Positions 1-12,945 of a DNA stretch of 64,000 nt are shown piece after piece. The translations under genes were made by a program, and so were the position numbers. Under the pieces are notes generated by a model that was not told the DNA's origin, made no database searches, and saw only the letters and a list, made by a program, of their open reading frames with translations. Position 1 is the first letter of the stretch, and the number at the start of each line of letters is the position of its first letter. Source of the DNA: Pseudomonadota bacterium (GTDB lineage: Bacteria > Pseudomonadota > Gammaproteobacteria > Burkholderiales > Burkholderiaceae_C); NCBI GenBank assembly GCA_041172085.1, contig JBEDKQ010000002.1, positions 2,672 to 66,671 on the forward strand, read 5' to 3'.

Positions 1-431
1 TTGTCTTCATCTCTGGTTATTTGTTTGGTACCTTGAGCCAAACCAAGCACGCACTCCACAACCGCCACGGCCTTCAGGCTTTTCTTTTTCTGATATTTGC
101 CATTTACTTTACTTGGCTGTGGTCCAAAGGACAAACCTTGGCCATGAAAACTTGGCACATCCAAGTCTTGGACAAATCAGGGCATCGTCTATCTCAAGGG
201 CGCGCGCTTTGGCGCTACTTGCTCAGCTGGGTCTGGGTTTTACCGCCCATGGTCTTCACAGCCCCCTTCAATTTACCTGCCCCCGAAGTTGCTGTCTTGG
301 TGGTTGGATGGGTTGTGATTTGGGCCATTTTGAGCAAGTTTCAATCACGTAGACAATATTGGCATGATGTTTGGGCCGGAACTCAATTGGTTGATGTTCA
401 AAAAGCGCCCCCTCCTTCTACCTCGTCCTAA
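1..431 (+). CDS. RDD family membrane protein (5' truncated by window edge)
   Basis: GQTLAMKTW..I.V and YWHDVWAGT motifs typical of RDD; the frame stays open to the left edge (VFISGYLFG...). Confidence 0.8.
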   Translation, partial: VFISGYLFGTLSQTKHALHNRHGLQAFLFLIFAIYFTWLWSKGQTLAMKTWHIQVLDKSGHRLSQGRALWRYLLSWVWVLPPMVFTAPFNLPAPEVAVLVVGWVVIWAILSKFQSRRQYWHDVWAGTQLVDVQKAPPPSTSS

Positions 432-438
432 TTCGCCA

Positions 439-828
439 ATGACAGACAACAACGTCAACCCACAAAAAGCCCGCAAGGGTCTGTCTCGTATTTTTCACGC
501 AGGCGGTTACTCGATTGCAGGACTTAAAGCGGGTTGGGGTGAAACTGCATTCAGGCAAGAGGCCATTTTGTCTTGTGTCATGTTGCCAGCGGCTTTTTGG
601 CTAGGTCAATCATGGGTTGAAGTGGCATTGCTGTGTGGCTCAGTCATCCTTGTAATGGTCGTTGAGCTTTTGAACACTGGCATCGAAACAGCCATAGACC
701 GAATTGGCACCGATTGGCATGCATTGTCCAAACGTGCCAAAGACATGGGCAGTGCGGCCGTGCTCCTCAGCTTGCTACTGTGCCTTGGTATTTGGGCTGC
801 TGCAGTTTGGAAGTACATCCATGGCTGA
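439..828 (+). CDS. dgkA: Diacylglycerol kinase (membrane type)
   Basis: YSIAGL..ETAFRQE, ELLNTGIETAID, KRAKDMGSAAV; ATG at 439. Confidence 0.92.
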   Translation: MTDNNVNPQKARKGLSRIFHAGGYSIAGLKAGWGETAFRQEAILSCVMLPAAFWLGQSWVEVALLCGSVILVMVVELLNTGIETAIDRIGTDWHALSKRAKDMGSAAVLLSLLLCLGIWAAAVWKYIHG

Positions 829-1408
829 CCCTACTTTCTCGATCTGCGTCTATTGCGGCTCCAAGCCTGGAGACCTTCCTTCGTTTGCTGAATCGGCACA
901 ACAAGTAGGCCAATGGATTGGAAAGCATGGCGGCCAATTGGTTTATGGCGGCGGCAGAAATGGACTCATGGGTATTGTGGCCAATGCAACACTGGCTGCG
1001 GGTGGCCGTGTGGTGGGCGTCATTCCCAGGGCTCTGGTCGAAAAAGAGTGGGCCCACACCGAATGCACCGAGTTGCACATTGTTGAAACCATGCACGAAC
1101 GTAAGCAAATGATGGCCGAACGGGCTGATGCATTTCTGGCTTTGCCTGGTGGCATTGGTACGTTTGAAGAGTTTTACGAAGTTTGGACTTGGCGCCAGCT
1201 GGGCTATCACAACAAACCCATTGGTCTGCTGAATTTGAATGGTTTTTACGATCCCATGCTGAGTTTTTTAAACTCAGTGGTGACGCACGGATTTCTGGGA
1301 ACTTGGCAAATGGACCTGATTCAAACGGATTCAGACGCCCTCAAATTGCTACCGAACTTGGTTCAGGCTGCTGCGCTGCCTACGCCCTTTCAAAGCGAGG
1401 CCATCTAG
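821..1408 (+). CDS. LOG family (TIGR00730) nucleotide phosphoribohydrolase
   Basis: CVYCGS, LVYGGG..GLMG, MHERK, PGGIGTFEE motifs. Confidence 0.9.
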   Translation: MADPTFSICVYCGSKPGDLPSFAESAQQVGQWIGKHGGQLVYGGGRNGLMGIVANATLAAGGRVVGVIPRALVEKEWAHTECTELHIVETMHERKQMMAERADAFLALPGGIGTFEEFYEVWTWRQLGYHNKPIGLLNLNGFYDPMLSFLNSVVTHGFLGTWQMDLIQTDSDALKLLPNLVQAAALPTPFQSEAI

Positions 1409-1433
1409 CGCCATTGAGCCCCAACACTCCCCC

Positions 1434-1463
1434 AAAAAAAATGCCGCAAAATGCGGCATTTTT
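1434..1463. terminator. Bidirectional intrinsic terminator between convergent LOG and glnB
   Basis: A-run, TGCCGCA-aaa-TGCGGCA, T-run. Confidence 0.8.
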
Positions 1464-1482
1464 GGTTTGATCAGTGACAAAT

Positions 1483-3491
<2,009 letters not shown>

Positions 3492-3495
3492 ACAG

Positions 3496-4665
3496 GTGCA
3501 GGAATTCAGTTCCAACAATTATGTCATTGCAGTGCAAGATTCCATGCGAAATATCACTGCGCTCGCTTGGGATTCTTTGTTGGCCACACAATCCGACCCG
3601 ACGCCCTTCATGCGTCATGCATATTTGAGCGCCATGGAGGAAAGCGCATCCGCAAGTCCAGAAACCGGGTGGACACCACGGGTTCTTTCAATTCGGCACA
3701 AAGACAGTCCCAAAGATGCGCCTTTGGCAGCTGCCGCTGTCATGTACATCAAGCCCCATTCTTACGGTGAATATGTGTTCGATTGGGCCTGGGCTGACGC
3801 GTACCAACGCCATGGCTTGAATTATTTTCCAAAAGCAGTTGGTGCTGTGCCTTTCACACCCGTACCGGGTTCCCGTTTGCTGGCTGACAGCCCAGAGAGC
3901 AAAGCTTGTTTGATTGAGAGCATGGTGGCACTGGCGCAACAGTGGCAATGGTCTTCAGTCCATGTATTGTTTTTATCAGAGGAAGACCGGCTGGCCACAG
4001 AAGCGGCTGGATGGCTTAGCCGCTACACCGTTCAGTTTCATTGGCACAACAACCGTTATGCAGACTTTGACCATTTTTTGGCCAGCCTCAGCCAAGAAAA
4101 ACGCAAAAAAATCAGACAAGAGCGGCGCAAAGTGAGCGACGCTGGCGTGACTTTTCAAACCCTTCAGGGTCAAGCCATTCAAGCCGCCGATTGGGATTTC
4201 TTTTACAAATGTTACGCCCAAACCTATTTTGAGCATGGCAACGCGCCTTACCTCAGTCGCGACTTTTTTCAGCGCATGCAAGACCACATGCCAGAAAACT
4301 GGGTCTTGTTCATTGCGAAAAAAGAAGGTCAGCGCATAGCTTGCAGTTTGATTGCCGTTCAAGACAACGTGGCCTATGGTCGTTATTGGGGCGCCCTTGA
4401 ACGCGTGGACTGCCTGCACTTTGAGGCTTGCTACTACCAGCCTATCGCTTGGTGCATCACCCATGGTTTTGTGCGCTTTGAGGGCGGCGCTCAAGGCGAA
4501 CACAAAATGGCCCGTGCATTGCTACCCATCAAGGCCAGCAGTGCACATTGGTTGGCACACCCAGACTTTGCGGATGCTGTTGAGCGCTATCTCGAAAAAG
4601 AAGGCCGCGGGGTTGCGGCCTATTTGGAGAATTTGGAAGCCAGGTCACCTTTGAAAAAAGTTTGA
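3496..4665 (+). CDS. FemAB-like GNAT protein (DUF482-type)
   Basis: HSYGEYVFDWAWADAY, PFTPVPG.RL, YGRYWG, LHFEACYYQ, FEGGAQGEHK; start codon uncertain. Confidence 0.85.
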   Translation: MQEFSSNNYVIAVQDSMRNITALAWDSLLATQSDPTPFMRHAYLSAMEESASASPETGWTPRVLSIRHKDSPKDAPLAAAAVMYIKPHSYGEYVFDWAWADAYQRHGLNYFPKAVGAVPFTPVPGSRLLADSPESKACLIESMVALAQQWQWSSVHVLFLSEEDRLATEAAGWLSRYTVQFHWHNNRYADFDHFLASLSQEKRKKIRQERRKVSDAGVTFQTLQGQAIQAADWDFFYKCYAQTYFEHGNAPYLSRDFFQRMQDHMPENWVLFIAKKEGQRIACSLIAVQDNVAYGRYWGALERVDCLHFEACYYQPIAWCITHGFVRFEGGAQGEHKMARALLPIKASSAHWLAHPDFADAVERYLEKEGRGVAAYLENLEARSPLKKV

Positions 4666-4704
4666 CCCAGGTTCAATGAGCCCCTTCGGGCTAATTTTCA
4701 GGAT

Positions 4705-5241
4705 TCAGGCGTTGGCTTTTTGGTAATTCGCAATGCCGTCCAAGATTTCTTTCTTGGCTGACTCTGGGCCTTCCCAGCCCAAAATCTTGACCCATTTACC
4801 CTCTTCCAAGTCTTTGTAGTGCTCAAAGAAATGGGCAATGGTTTTCAAGCGCAGAGGGTTCAAGTCTTCTGGTTTTTGCCATTGCGTGTAGATCGACAAG
4901 ATTTTGTCGGTAGGAACCGCCAAGACTTTACCGTCTTCACCGGCTTCATCTTGCATTTTGAGAATGCCAATGGGGCGGCAAGGAACCACCACACCAGGAA
5001 TCAAAGGCACGGGGGTAATGACCAACACGTCCACGGGGTCGCCGTCGCCGCTGATGGTTTTGGGCACGTAGCCGTAATTGGTGGGGTAATGCATGGCCGT
5101 GCTCATGAAACGGTCCACAAAAATAGCGCCAGTGGCTTTGTCCACTTCATATTTCACAGGGTCGGCATTCATCGGAATTTCGATGATGACGTTGAATTGT
5201 TCAGGCACTTTGCTACCGGGGGTGACGTTGTCTAAGGACAT
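4705..5241 (-). CDS. ppa: Soluble family I inorganic pyrophosphatase
   Basis: [29 protein letters not shown]. Confidence 0.95.
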   Translation of the reverse strand: MSLDNVTPGSKVPEQFNVIIEIPMNADPVKYEVDKATGAIFVDRFMSTAMHYPTNYGYVPKTISGDGDPVDVLVITPVPLIPGVVVPCRPIGILKMQDEAGEDGKVLAVPTDKILSIYTQWQKPEDLNPLRLKTIAHFFEHYKDLEEGKWVKILGWEGPESAKKEILDGIANYQKANA

Positions 5242-5356
5242 ATTTTCAAAAGTCTCAAGAGTTGAAGTAAATCTGTGAAGGTAAGGATTAACCCCGATTT
5301 TACTTTCACAGGGCTTGCTTCTTCGCAACAATCCCTTTTTAATGACTTTGTTGGCC

Positions 5357-5449
5357 AATCGTCTCCTAGTGGGAGCGAGGAAGCAACGCCGGGAGGTGTT
5401 CCTCGAGCGTTGCACCTCCTTTCAGCGGTAACAACTAAGGAGATTGATT
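5357..5449 (+). promoter_or_regulatory. Structured 5' leader of hppA (candidate cis-regulatory RNA)
   Basis: Three 7-bp perfect complementary pairs plus two segments complementary to the SD (see findings). Confidence 0.55.
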
Positions 5450-5450
5450 T

Positions 5451-7517
5451 ATGACAGGCAATTCAGCGTTGATTTTGGCGCTTGTTTGCGGACTGATCGC
5501 CGTAATTTATGGCATTTGGGCCCGTGGATGGATTCTGGCTCAAGACGCCGGCAATGCGCGAATGCAAGAAATTGCAGCCGCGATTCAAGCCGGTGCGGCA
5601 GCTTACCTTTCAAGACAATACAAAACCATTGCCGTGGTGGGCGTGGTTTTGGCCATCTTGATGGGTGTTTTCCTCGACATGACCACGGCCATTGGTTTTG
5701 TCATTGGCGCGGTGCTTTCTGGGGCTTGCGGTTTCATTGGAATGAACGTCTCTGTTCGCGCCAATGTTCGCACGGCACAAGCGGCCACCAAGGGCATTGG
5801 CCCTGCCCTTGATGTCGCCTTTCGCGGCGGCGCTATCACCGGCATGCTGGTGGTGGGCTTGGGACTTTTGGGCGTAACTGGCTTCTACTGGTTCTTGGCC
5901 GGTAACGGCAACCTCACACCCGACGTCAAGTTGTCTGTCATCTTGAACCCCCTCATCGGCTTTGCCTTTGGCTCATCCCTGATCTCTATTTTTGCGCGTT
6001 TGGGCGGCGGTATCTTCACAAAAGGCGCCGACGTGGGCGCCGACTTGGTCGGTAAAGTGGAGGCCGGCATTCCTGAGGACGACCCCCGCAACCCTGCGGT
6101 CATTGCCGACAACGTAGGCGACAACGTGGGTGACTGTGCGGGTATGGCCGCCGACTTGTTCGAAACCTATGCTGTCACGCTCATTGCCACCATGGTGTTG
6201 GGCTCTTTGTTGGTTGCCGGCGCACCTGGTAATGCGGTCATGTACCCGCTCGCCTTGGGTGCGGTGTCCATTGTGGCTTCCATCATTGGCTGCTTCTTTG
6301 TCAAAGCCTCACCGGGCATGACCAATGTCATGCCTGCCCTTTACAAAGGATTGGCCATCGCGGGCGTTTTGTCCCTCATTGCTTTCTACTTTGTGACCCT
6401 GTGGATCATGCCTGACAACGCCATTTCGGCCAGCGGTAGCCAAATGAAACTGTTTGGCGCCTGTGCAGTGGGCTTGGTCTTGACTGCGGCCTTGGTGTGG
6501 ATCACAGAGTTCTACACGGGCACACAGTACAGCCCTGTTCAGCACATTGCACAAGCCTCTACAACAGGCCATGGCACCAACATCATTGCAGGCTTGGGAG
6601 TTTCAATGCGCTCTACAGCTTGGCCCGTGATATTCGTCTGCCTTGCCATCATTGCTTCTTACAGCCTTGCTGGCTTGTACGGCATTGCTGTGGCCGCCAT
6701 GTCGATGTTGTCGATGGCGGGCATTGTGGTGGCCTTGGATGCATATGGCCCCATCACTGACAACGCGGGTGGCATTGCCGAAATGGCCGAATTGCCCAGT
6801 AGCGTGCGTGACATTACCGACCCGCTGGATGCCGTGGGCAACACCACCAAAGCTGTGACCAAGGGCTATGCCATCGGTTCAGCAGGCTTGGCTTCCTTGG
6901 TTTTGTTTGCGGACTACACCCACAAGCTGGAAACCTACGGCAAGGCCATCACCTTTGACCTGTCCGACCCCCTGGTCATTGTGGGCTTGTTCATTGGTGG
7001 CCTTATCCCCTACTTGTTCGGTGCCATGGCCATGGAAGCGGTGGGCCGTGCAGCCGGCGCTGTGGTGGTGGAGGTGCGGCGCCAGTTCAGCGAAATCAAG
7101 GGCATCATGGAAGGTACTGCCAAGCCAGAATACGGCCGCGCGGTCGACATGCTGACCACAGCGGCCATCAAAGAGATGGTGATTCCTAGCTTGTTGCCCG
7201 TGGTTGTGCCCATTGTGGTGGGCTTGCTGTTAGGCCCCAAGGCCTTGGGCGGTTTGCTGATGGGCACCATCGTGACCGGCCTGTTTGTGGCCATTTCCAT
7301 GTGTACCGGTGGCGGTGCTTGGGACAATGCCAAAAAGTACATCGAAGACGGCCATCACGGCGGCAAAGGCTCCGAAGCGCACAAAGCTGCCGTAACTGGC
7401 GACACCGTGGGCGATCCCTACAAGGACACGGCTGGCCCCGCCATCAACCCGCTGATCAAAATCATCAACATTGTGGCCCTGCTCATTGTGCCGCTGGTCA
7501 TGAAGTTCCACAGCTGA
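5451..7517 (+). CDS. hppA: Membrane-bound ion-pumping pyrophosphatase, K+-independent type
   Basis: [26 protein letters not shown] (Lys marks K+-independence), [10 protein letters not shown]; SD AAGGAG at 5437-5442. Confidence 0.95.
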   Translation: MTGNSALILALVCGLIAVIYGIWARGWILAQDAGNARMQEIAAAIQAGAAAYLSRQYKTIAVVGVVLAILMGVFLDMTTAIGFVIGAVLSGACGFIGMNVSVRANVRTAQAATKGIGPALDVAFRGGAITGMLVVGLGLLGVTGFYWFLAGNGNLTPDVKLSVILNPLIGFAFGSSLISIFARLGGGIFTKGADVGADLVGKVEAGIPEDDPRNPAVIADNVGDNVGDCAGMAADLFETYAVTLIATMVLGSLLVAGAPGNAVMYPLALGAVSIVASIIGCFFVKASPGMTNVMPALYKGLAIAGVLSLIAFYFVTLWIMPDNAISASGSQMKLFGACAVGLVLTAALVWITEFYTGTQYSPVQHIAQASTTGHGTNIIAGLGVSMRSTAWPVIFVCLAIIASYSLAGLYGIAVAAMSMLSMAGIVVALDAYGPITDNAGGIAEMAELPSSVRDITDPLDAVGNTTKAVTKGYAIGSAGLASLVLFADYTHKLETYGKAITFDLSDPLVIVGLFIGGLIPYLFGAMAMEAVGRAAGAVVVEVRRQFSEIKGIMEGTAKPEYGRAVDMLTTAAIKEMVIPSLLPVVVPIVVGLLLGPKALGGLLMGTIVTGLFVAISMCTGGGAWDNAKKYIEDGHHGGKGSEAHKAAVTGDTVGDPYKDTAGPAINPLIKIINIVALLIVPLVMKFHS

Positions 7518-7533
7518 TCGGTCCAACTTGCTT

Positions 7534-7602
7534 GTGGCGTACTTCAGGTACGCCACGCAAGTGACACAAAGCCCGCGCATGGCCTTCATCGCGGGCTTTT
7601 TT
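7534..7602 (+). terminator. Hairpin plus intrinsic terminator after hppA
   Basis: GTGGCGTAC/GTACGCCAC at 7534-7556; AAAGCCCGCG...CGCGGGCTTTTTT at 7568-7602. Confidence 0.75.
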
Positions 7603-7619
7603 ACGCGCAAAATAGCACC

Positions 7620-9053
7620 ATGCAACTCAATTTCATTCACAACCAATCGGTGGCCAGTCAAAGCGGGCAAACATTGCCTGTGATTGACCCCTCTGACGGT
7701 CAAACCTTTGACCATATTCAACGCAGCAATGCAGACGACATCGACGCAGCGGTCAAGTCTTCACGCGATTGCTTTGAAGGACCGTGGTCCAAATTGAACG
7801 CCGCAGAACGCGGCCGCTTGCTGATGGCTTTGTCTCGCAAAGTGACAGAACATGCCGACGAGTTGATGAAGCTCGAGCAGCGTGATTGCGGCAAGCCCAC
7901 ACAACAAGCCATGGCAGATGCCAAAGCCTTGGCGCGTTACTTTGAGTTTTATGCAGGGGCATGTGACAAGTTTCACGGCGAAACCATTCCCTACCAGAAC
8001 GGTTACAGCGTTTTGACATGGCGCGAACCGCATGGTGTCACGGGCCATGTGGTGCCCTGGAATTACCCCATGCAAATTTTTGGCAGATGTGTGGGCGGTG
8101 CATTGGCCGCAGGCAACGTCTGCGTGGTCAAGCCCGCTGAAGATGCCTGCTTGAGTTTGATCCGTGTTGCGCAATTGGCCGCAGAAGTCGGCTTTCCGCC
8201 AGGCGCCATCAACATCGTGACGGGACTGGGTCATGAGGTGGGCGATGCGTTGGCCAAACACCCCGGCATTGATCACATCAGTTTCACAGGCAGCCCCAGC
8301 GTGGGCACGCTCATTCAACAAGCCGCGGCCGCCAGACACTGCCCTGTCACTTTGGAGCTTGGCGGCAAAAGCCCCCAAATCCTTTTTGCTGATGCCGACT
8401 TGGATGCCGCCATTCCCGTCATCATCAATGCCATTGTTCAAAACTCCGGGCAGACCTGCAGTGCCGGCTCGCGAGTGCTGATTGAGAAAAGCATCTATGA
8501 GCCATTGCTTGCCAGACTGGGCGAAGCCTTCTCGAAACTTCGCGTTGGGCCGGCAAGCGCTGACTTAAATTTAGGGCCCCTGATTCGCGCCACCCAAAAG
8601 CAACGCGTACAAGGCTTCTTAGACGATGCCAAAGCAGCAGGCATTCAGACCGTTGCGCAAGGCAGTGTTGCGGCTGACGCCCCAGCGTCTGGTTTTTACC
8701 AAGCGCCCGTTCTCTTGCGAGATGTGCCTGTCGATCACAGAGTGGCCCAAGAAGAAGTTTTTGGCCCCGTGCTGTCTGCCATGTGCTTTGAGGGAGAAGA
8801 CCACGCCATCGAATTGGCCAACGCCACAGCCTTCGGATTGGTGGCTGGGGTATGGACGCGCGATGGTGGCCGTCAATTCAGAATGGCCAAGCGCTTGCGC
8901 AGTGGTCAGGTGTTCATCAACAACTACGGCGCCGGCGGCGGCGTTGAATTGCCCTTTGGTGGCGTGAAGTCTTCAGGGCACGGACGTGAAAAAGGTTTCG
9001 AAGCCCTGTATGGATTCACCACCTTGAAAACAGTGGCCATTCACCACGGCTAA
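7620..9053 (+). CDS. NAD-dependent aldehyde dehydrogenase
   Basis: PWNYP, FTGS, LELGGKSP, GQTCSAG, EEVFGPV, PFGGVK.SG.GRE. Confidence 0.92.
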   Translation: MQLNFIHNQSVASQSGQTLPVIDPSDGQTFDHIQRSNADDIDAAVKSSRDCFEGPWSKLNAAERGRLLMALSRKVTEHADELMKLEQRDCGKPTQQAMADAKALARYFEFYAGACDKFHGETIPYQNGYSVLTWREPHGVTGHVVPWNYPMQIFGRCVGGALAAGNVCVVKPAEDACLSLIRVAQLAAEVGFPPGAINIVTGLGHEVGDALAKHPGIDHISFTGSPSVGTLIQQAAAARHCPVTLELGGKSPQILFADADLDAAIPVIINAIVQNSGQTCSAGSRVLIEKSIYEPLLARLGEAFSKLRVGPASADLNLGPLIRATQKQRVQGFLDDAKAAGIQTVAQGSVAADAPASGFYQAPVLLRDVPVDHRVAQEEVFGPVLSAMCFEGEDHAIELANATAFGLVAGVWTRDGGRQFRMAKRLRSGQVFINNYGAGGGVELPFGGVKSSGHGREKGFEALYGFTTLKTVAIHHG

Positions 9054-9083
9054 AGCATCATTCAAAGAACAACAGGATCCCCC

Positions 9084-9845
9084 ATGAACATCCAACAAAA
9101 AGTCATCATCGTCACAGGTTCTGGCGGCGGCATTGGCGAAGGCATTGCCAAACATTTTGCTGCCCACGGCGCCAAGGTCTTGGTCAATGACATCAACAGC
9201 GCAGCTGGGCTAAAAGTGGTGAAAGACATTCAAGCCGCTGGTGGTACGGCCGCATTTTTTGCCGCAGACGTGACCCGCTCGGACGACGTCAAGGCCATGG
9301 TGCAAGAAGCCGTCAAACTTTGGGGACACTTGGACGTGATGGTCAACAACGCAGGTTGGACGCATCGCAACCGCCCTGCCCTTGAAGTGAGCGAAGAAGA
9401 GTTCGACAAATGTTTTGCAGTCAACATGAAAAGCATTTACTTGGCCACGGTTCACGCAGTGCCAGAATTTCGTAAAAACGGGGGTGGCTCGTTCATCAAC
9501 ATCGCATCGACAGCAGGCATTCGCCCTCGCCCAGGCCTGACCTGGTACAACGGCTCTAAAGGTGCGGTCATTACCACCAGCAAATCGTTGGCCGCCGAGT
9601 TAGGCCCCGACAACATTCGTGTGAACTGCATCAACCCTGTGTTCAATCCAGACACCGGCTTGTCGGCAGAATTTGCAGGCGGCCCTGTGGACGATGCCAA
9701 GCGCGCCAAGTTCATGGCCACCATTCCATTGGGCCGTTTCTCAACTGCCCTCGATGTGGCCAATGCGGCTTTGTACTTGGCCAGCGATGAAGGCGCCTTC
9801 ATCAGCGGTGTTTGTATCGAAGTGGATGGTGCGCGTTGTGTCTAA
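9084..9845 (+). CDS. SDR family oxidoreductase
   Basis: [17 protein letters not shown]. Confidence 0.9.
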   Translation: MNIQQKVIIVTGSGGGIGEGIAKHFAAHGAKVLVNDINSAAGLKVVKDIQAAGGTAAFFAADVTRSDDVKAMVQEAVKLWGHLDVMVNNAGWTHRNRPALEVSEEEFDKCFAVNMKSIYLATVHAVPEFRKNGGGSFINIASTAGIRPRPGLTWYNGSKGAVITTSKSLAAELGPDNIRVNCINPVFNPDTGLSAEFAGGPVDDAKRAKFMATIPLGRFSTALDVANAALYLASDEGAFISGVCIEVDGARCV

Positions 9846-10998
9846 ACGCATCATTCCAGTCATCAGCCAGCCCTTGGGCAATTTGCCCATTCCGCCCTTT
9901 GTGCAAACCACCCATGGTTTGCGGGGTCAGTCATTGAAAGATGGCTTGAACAGGCCCTTGAAAGACCTTCGAATCAGTGTGACCGATCGGTGCAATTTTC
10001 GGTGTAGCTATTGCATGCCAAAAGAGGTCTTCAACAGCGATTACAAGTATTTGCCGCAGGGGGCACTGCTCAGTTTTGAAGAAATTACGCTTGCCGCCAA
10101 GAGTTTCATTTCTTTAGGCGTCGAAAAGCTCAGGCTTACTGGGGGTGAACCGCTGCTTCGAAAAAATTTAGAAATTCTGATTGAACAACTGGCAGCCCTG
10201 CGCACTGTCTCAGGGGAGCCATTGGACATCACGCTGACCACCAACGGCTCTTTGTTAGCGCGCAAAGCGCAAAGCTTGAAAGATGCGGGTTTGAAACGCG
10301 TCACCATCAGCTTGGATGGCTTGGACGATGCGGTGTTCAAACGCATGAACGATGTTGACTTTCCTGTGAGCGATGTCTTGGAAGGCATTGCCGCCGCGCA
10401 AGCTGCGGGCCTTGGCCCTATCAAAGTCAACATGGTGGTGAAGCGCGGCACCAATGAGCAAGAAATCTTGCCCATGGCACGTTACTTCAAAGGCACGGGC
10501 ATAGCGCTTCGTTTCATTGAATACATGGACGTGGGTGCGACCAACGGTTGGCGCATGAACGAAGTGATGCCCAGCGCAGAAGTTCTGAAAATTTTGCAAA
10601 CTGAACTGTCACTCACGCCTTTGTCGCCTGCCCAAAAAGGTGAAACAGCAGAACGTTGGGGCTATCTCAACGAACAAGGCGTGCACGACGCCAGCTTGGG
10701 TGAAATAGGCTTCATCAGCAGCGTCACCAAAGCATTTTGCAGTGATTGCAATCGGGCTAGGTTAACCACAGAAGGTCAACTTTATCTGTGCTTGTTCGCC
10801 AGCCAAGGTTATGACTTAAAACCGCTGATTCGCAGCAGCCAACAACCCCAGACATTGACCGAAGCCATTACCGCCATTTGGTCACAACGCACCGACAGGT
10901 ATTCTGAATTGCGGCAACAAGAACCAGACGTTTCACCCAGCGAAGATGGCGCTGCGCCCAAACGACGCAAAGTTGAAATGAGCTACATCGGCGGCTAA
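9838..10998 (+). CDS. moaA: GTP 3',8-cyclase
   Basis: [28 protein letters not shown]-terminal MSYIGG; GTG start overlapping the SDR stop. Confidence 0.93.
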   Translation: MSKRIIPVISQPLGNLPIPPFVQTTHGLRGQSLKDGLNRPLKDLRISVTDRCNFRCSYCMPKEVFNSDYKYLPQGALLSFEEITLAAKSFISLGVEKLRLTGGEPLLRKNLEILIEQLAALRTVSGEPLDITLTTNGSLLARKAQSLKDAGLKRVTISLDGLDDAVFKRMNDVDFPVSDVLEGIAAAQAAGLGPIKVNMVVKRGTNEQEILPMARYFKGTGIALRFIEYMDVGATNGWRMNEVMPSAEVLKILQTELSLTPLSPAQKGETAERWGYLNEQGVHDASLGEIGFISSVTKAFCSDCNRARLTTEGQLYLCLFASQGYDLKPLIRSSQQPQTLTEAITAIWSQRTDRYSELRQQEPDVSPSEDGAAPKRRKVEMSYIGG

Positions 10999-11049
10999 AG
11001 TCTTGCCTGTTGCCAAAGCTTCCAGACTTCTTATTTCAATGAACCTCCT

Positions 11050-11673
11050 ATGAACGATCACAGCATTACGGGCTTAATTTTGGCGGGTGGCCGCGGTGCC
11101 CGCATGGGGGGCGTTGACAAAGGACTGCAAAACTTTAATGGCACGCCCTTAACCCTGCATGCCTTGATGCGTTTACAAATGCAGGAAGGCTCGCCACTGT
11201 CAGAGGTCATGATTGTGGCCAATCGCAATTTATCGGCCTACGAGTCTCTAGGGGTTCAAGTCTGGCCCGATAGCACCGATGGTTTTGCGGGGCCCCTGGC
11301 TGGTTTTTTAACGGGCATGGAGCGCTGCGAATCAGAGTTTCTTCTCACCGTGCCTTGTGACAGTCCGCTTTTTCCTTTGAACCTTGTTGAAAAACTGCAA
11401 GATGCCCTGCTAGAAAAAAATGCAGACATTGCAGTAGCGGCGGCCAGAGAAGAAGACGGCAACATCAGACCTCAGCCTGTGTTTTGCTTGATGCGCACCA
11501 GCTTGCTTGAAAGCTTGGTCAAATTCATGCAATCGGGTGGCCGAAAAATTGATGCATGGACAGCGCAGCACGCATGTGTGGTGGTGCCCTTTGACACACC
11601 AGACACCGACCCACGGGCGTTTTTCAATGCCAACACCCTTGAAGAGTTGCACCGCCTCGAACAAAACGCATGA
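11050..11673 (+). CDS. mobA: Molybdenum cofactor guanylyltransferase
   Basis: [33 protein letters not shown]. Confidence 0.92.
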   Translation: MNDHSITGLILAGGRGARMGGVDKGLQNFNGTPLTLHALMRLQMQEGSPLSEVMIVANRNLSAYESLGVQVWPDSTDGFAGPLAGFLTGMERCESEFLLTVPCDSPLFPLNLVEKLQDALLEKNADIAVAAAREEDGNIRPQPVFCLMRTSLLESLVKFMQSGGRKIDAWTAQHACVVVPFDTPDTDPRAFFNANTLEELHRLEQNA

Positions 11674-12944
11674 CACATCCCAAGTCACTGGCAGAGATTG
11701 CTGCCCAACTTCAAGGCTACGATCCACAGGCCTTGCCTGCGCAGGAAGTGTTGAATTTTCTGGGGCAATTGGTCAATGTCGTTCACGACACTGAAGACGT
11801 TCCTATTTTTGAAGCGCTTAACCGTGTCATTGCAAGTGATGTGATCAGCCCGATCGATGTGCCGCCACACGACAACTCGGCCATGGACGGCTTTGCTTTC
11901 AATGGGTCAGCGCTTCAAGCGGGACAAGCCCTGACACTGAAAGTGGTGGGCACCGCCCTGGCTGGCAAAGCTTGGCAAGGCAAGGTGCAAGCCGGTGAGT
12001 GCGTCAAAATCATGACCGGCGCCATCATGCCAACCGGGCTGGACACCGTGGTCCCTCAAGAGCTGTGTGAAGTGACAACAGAGGAAGTTCGCATTCCCGC
12101 CAACATGCTCAAAGCGGGTGACAACCGGCGCCTGCGCGGCGAGGATCTAAAAAAAGACAGTCCTGCTTTGCACCAAGGCACTTTTGTCACGCCTGCTGGG
12201 GTGGGCTTGTTGGCCAGCTTGGGTCTGCCCAAGGTCAAAGTGATGCGGCGACTTAAGGTGGCTTACTTTTCAACTGGCGATGAAATACTCAGTTTAGGTG
12301 AGGCACCCCGCGAAGGCGCTGTGTACGACAGCAACCGCTACACCGTTTTTGGGATGTTGCAAAACATGGGGTGCGACATGATTGACATGGGCGTTGTGCG
12401 CGATGACCCTGCGTTGCTAGAAGCGGCATTTACGAAAGCCGCGCAACAAGCAGACGCCGTGATCACCAGTGGCGGTGTCAGCGTGGGAGAAGCCGACTTC
12501 ACCAAAGCCATGATGAAGAAATTAGGCGATGTGGTCTTTTGGAAAATTGCAATGCGGCCAGGTCGGCCCATGGCAGTCGGTCGGCTCACGCAAGGCCATC
12601 ATTCCGCTGTGTTGTTTGGTCTGCCAGGCAATCCTGTGGCCGTCATGGTGACCTTCTTGGCCTTCGTCAAACCTGCGCTACAGCAAATGATGGGCATCAA
12701 AGAAGCACCCGTGCCCCTGATGCGCGCCAAGTCGCAGGAAATATTGCGCAAAAAACCTGGCCGCACGGAATACCAACGCGGTATCGCCACGCGCAACGCA
12801 CAAGGTGAATTGCAAGTTGTCACCACAGGCAATCAAGGCTCCGGCGTCTTGAGCTCGATGGTGCAAGCCAATTGCTTGATTGTGTTGTCACACACCCAGT
12901 CCACCGCGCAAGTGGGTGACTGGGTGGATGTGTTAATGCTCTGA
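11670..12944 (+). CDS. moeA: Molybdopterin molybdotransferase
   Basis: [35 protein letters not shown]. Confidence 0.93.
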   Translation: MTHPKSLAEIAAQLQGYDPQALPAQEVLNFLGQLVNVVHDTEDVPIFEALNRVIASDVISPIDVPPHDNSAMDGFAFNGSALQAGQALTLKVVGTALAGKAWQGKVQAGECVKIMTGAIMPTGLDTVVPQELCEVTTEEVRIPANMLKAGDNRRLRGEDLKKDSPALHQGTFVTPAGVGLLASLGLPKVKVMRRLKVAYFSTGDEILSLGEAPREGAVYDSNRYTVFGMLQNMGCDMIDMGVVRDDPALLEAAFTKAAQQADAVITSGGVSVGEADFTKAMMKKLGDVVFWKIAMRPGRPMAVGRLTQGHHSAVLFGLPGNPVAVMVTFLAFVKPALQQMMGIKEAPVPLMRAKSQEILRKKPGRTEYQRGIATRNAQGELQVVTTGNQGSGVLSSMVQANCLIVLSHTQSTAQVGDWVDVLML

Positions 12945-12945
12945 C

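Noticed and set aside
5376-5422. hppA leader as a canonical fluoride or SAH riboswitch
   Set aside because: Only short similarities; the conserved nucleotides and element order do not match, so it is kept as an unassigned candidate
9673-9837. ORF-track N-terminal extensions (moaA here; likewise ppa, dgkA, LOG and the RND adaptor)
   Set aside because: Longest-ORF artefacts that overlap neighbours or promoters; internal starts fit the families better
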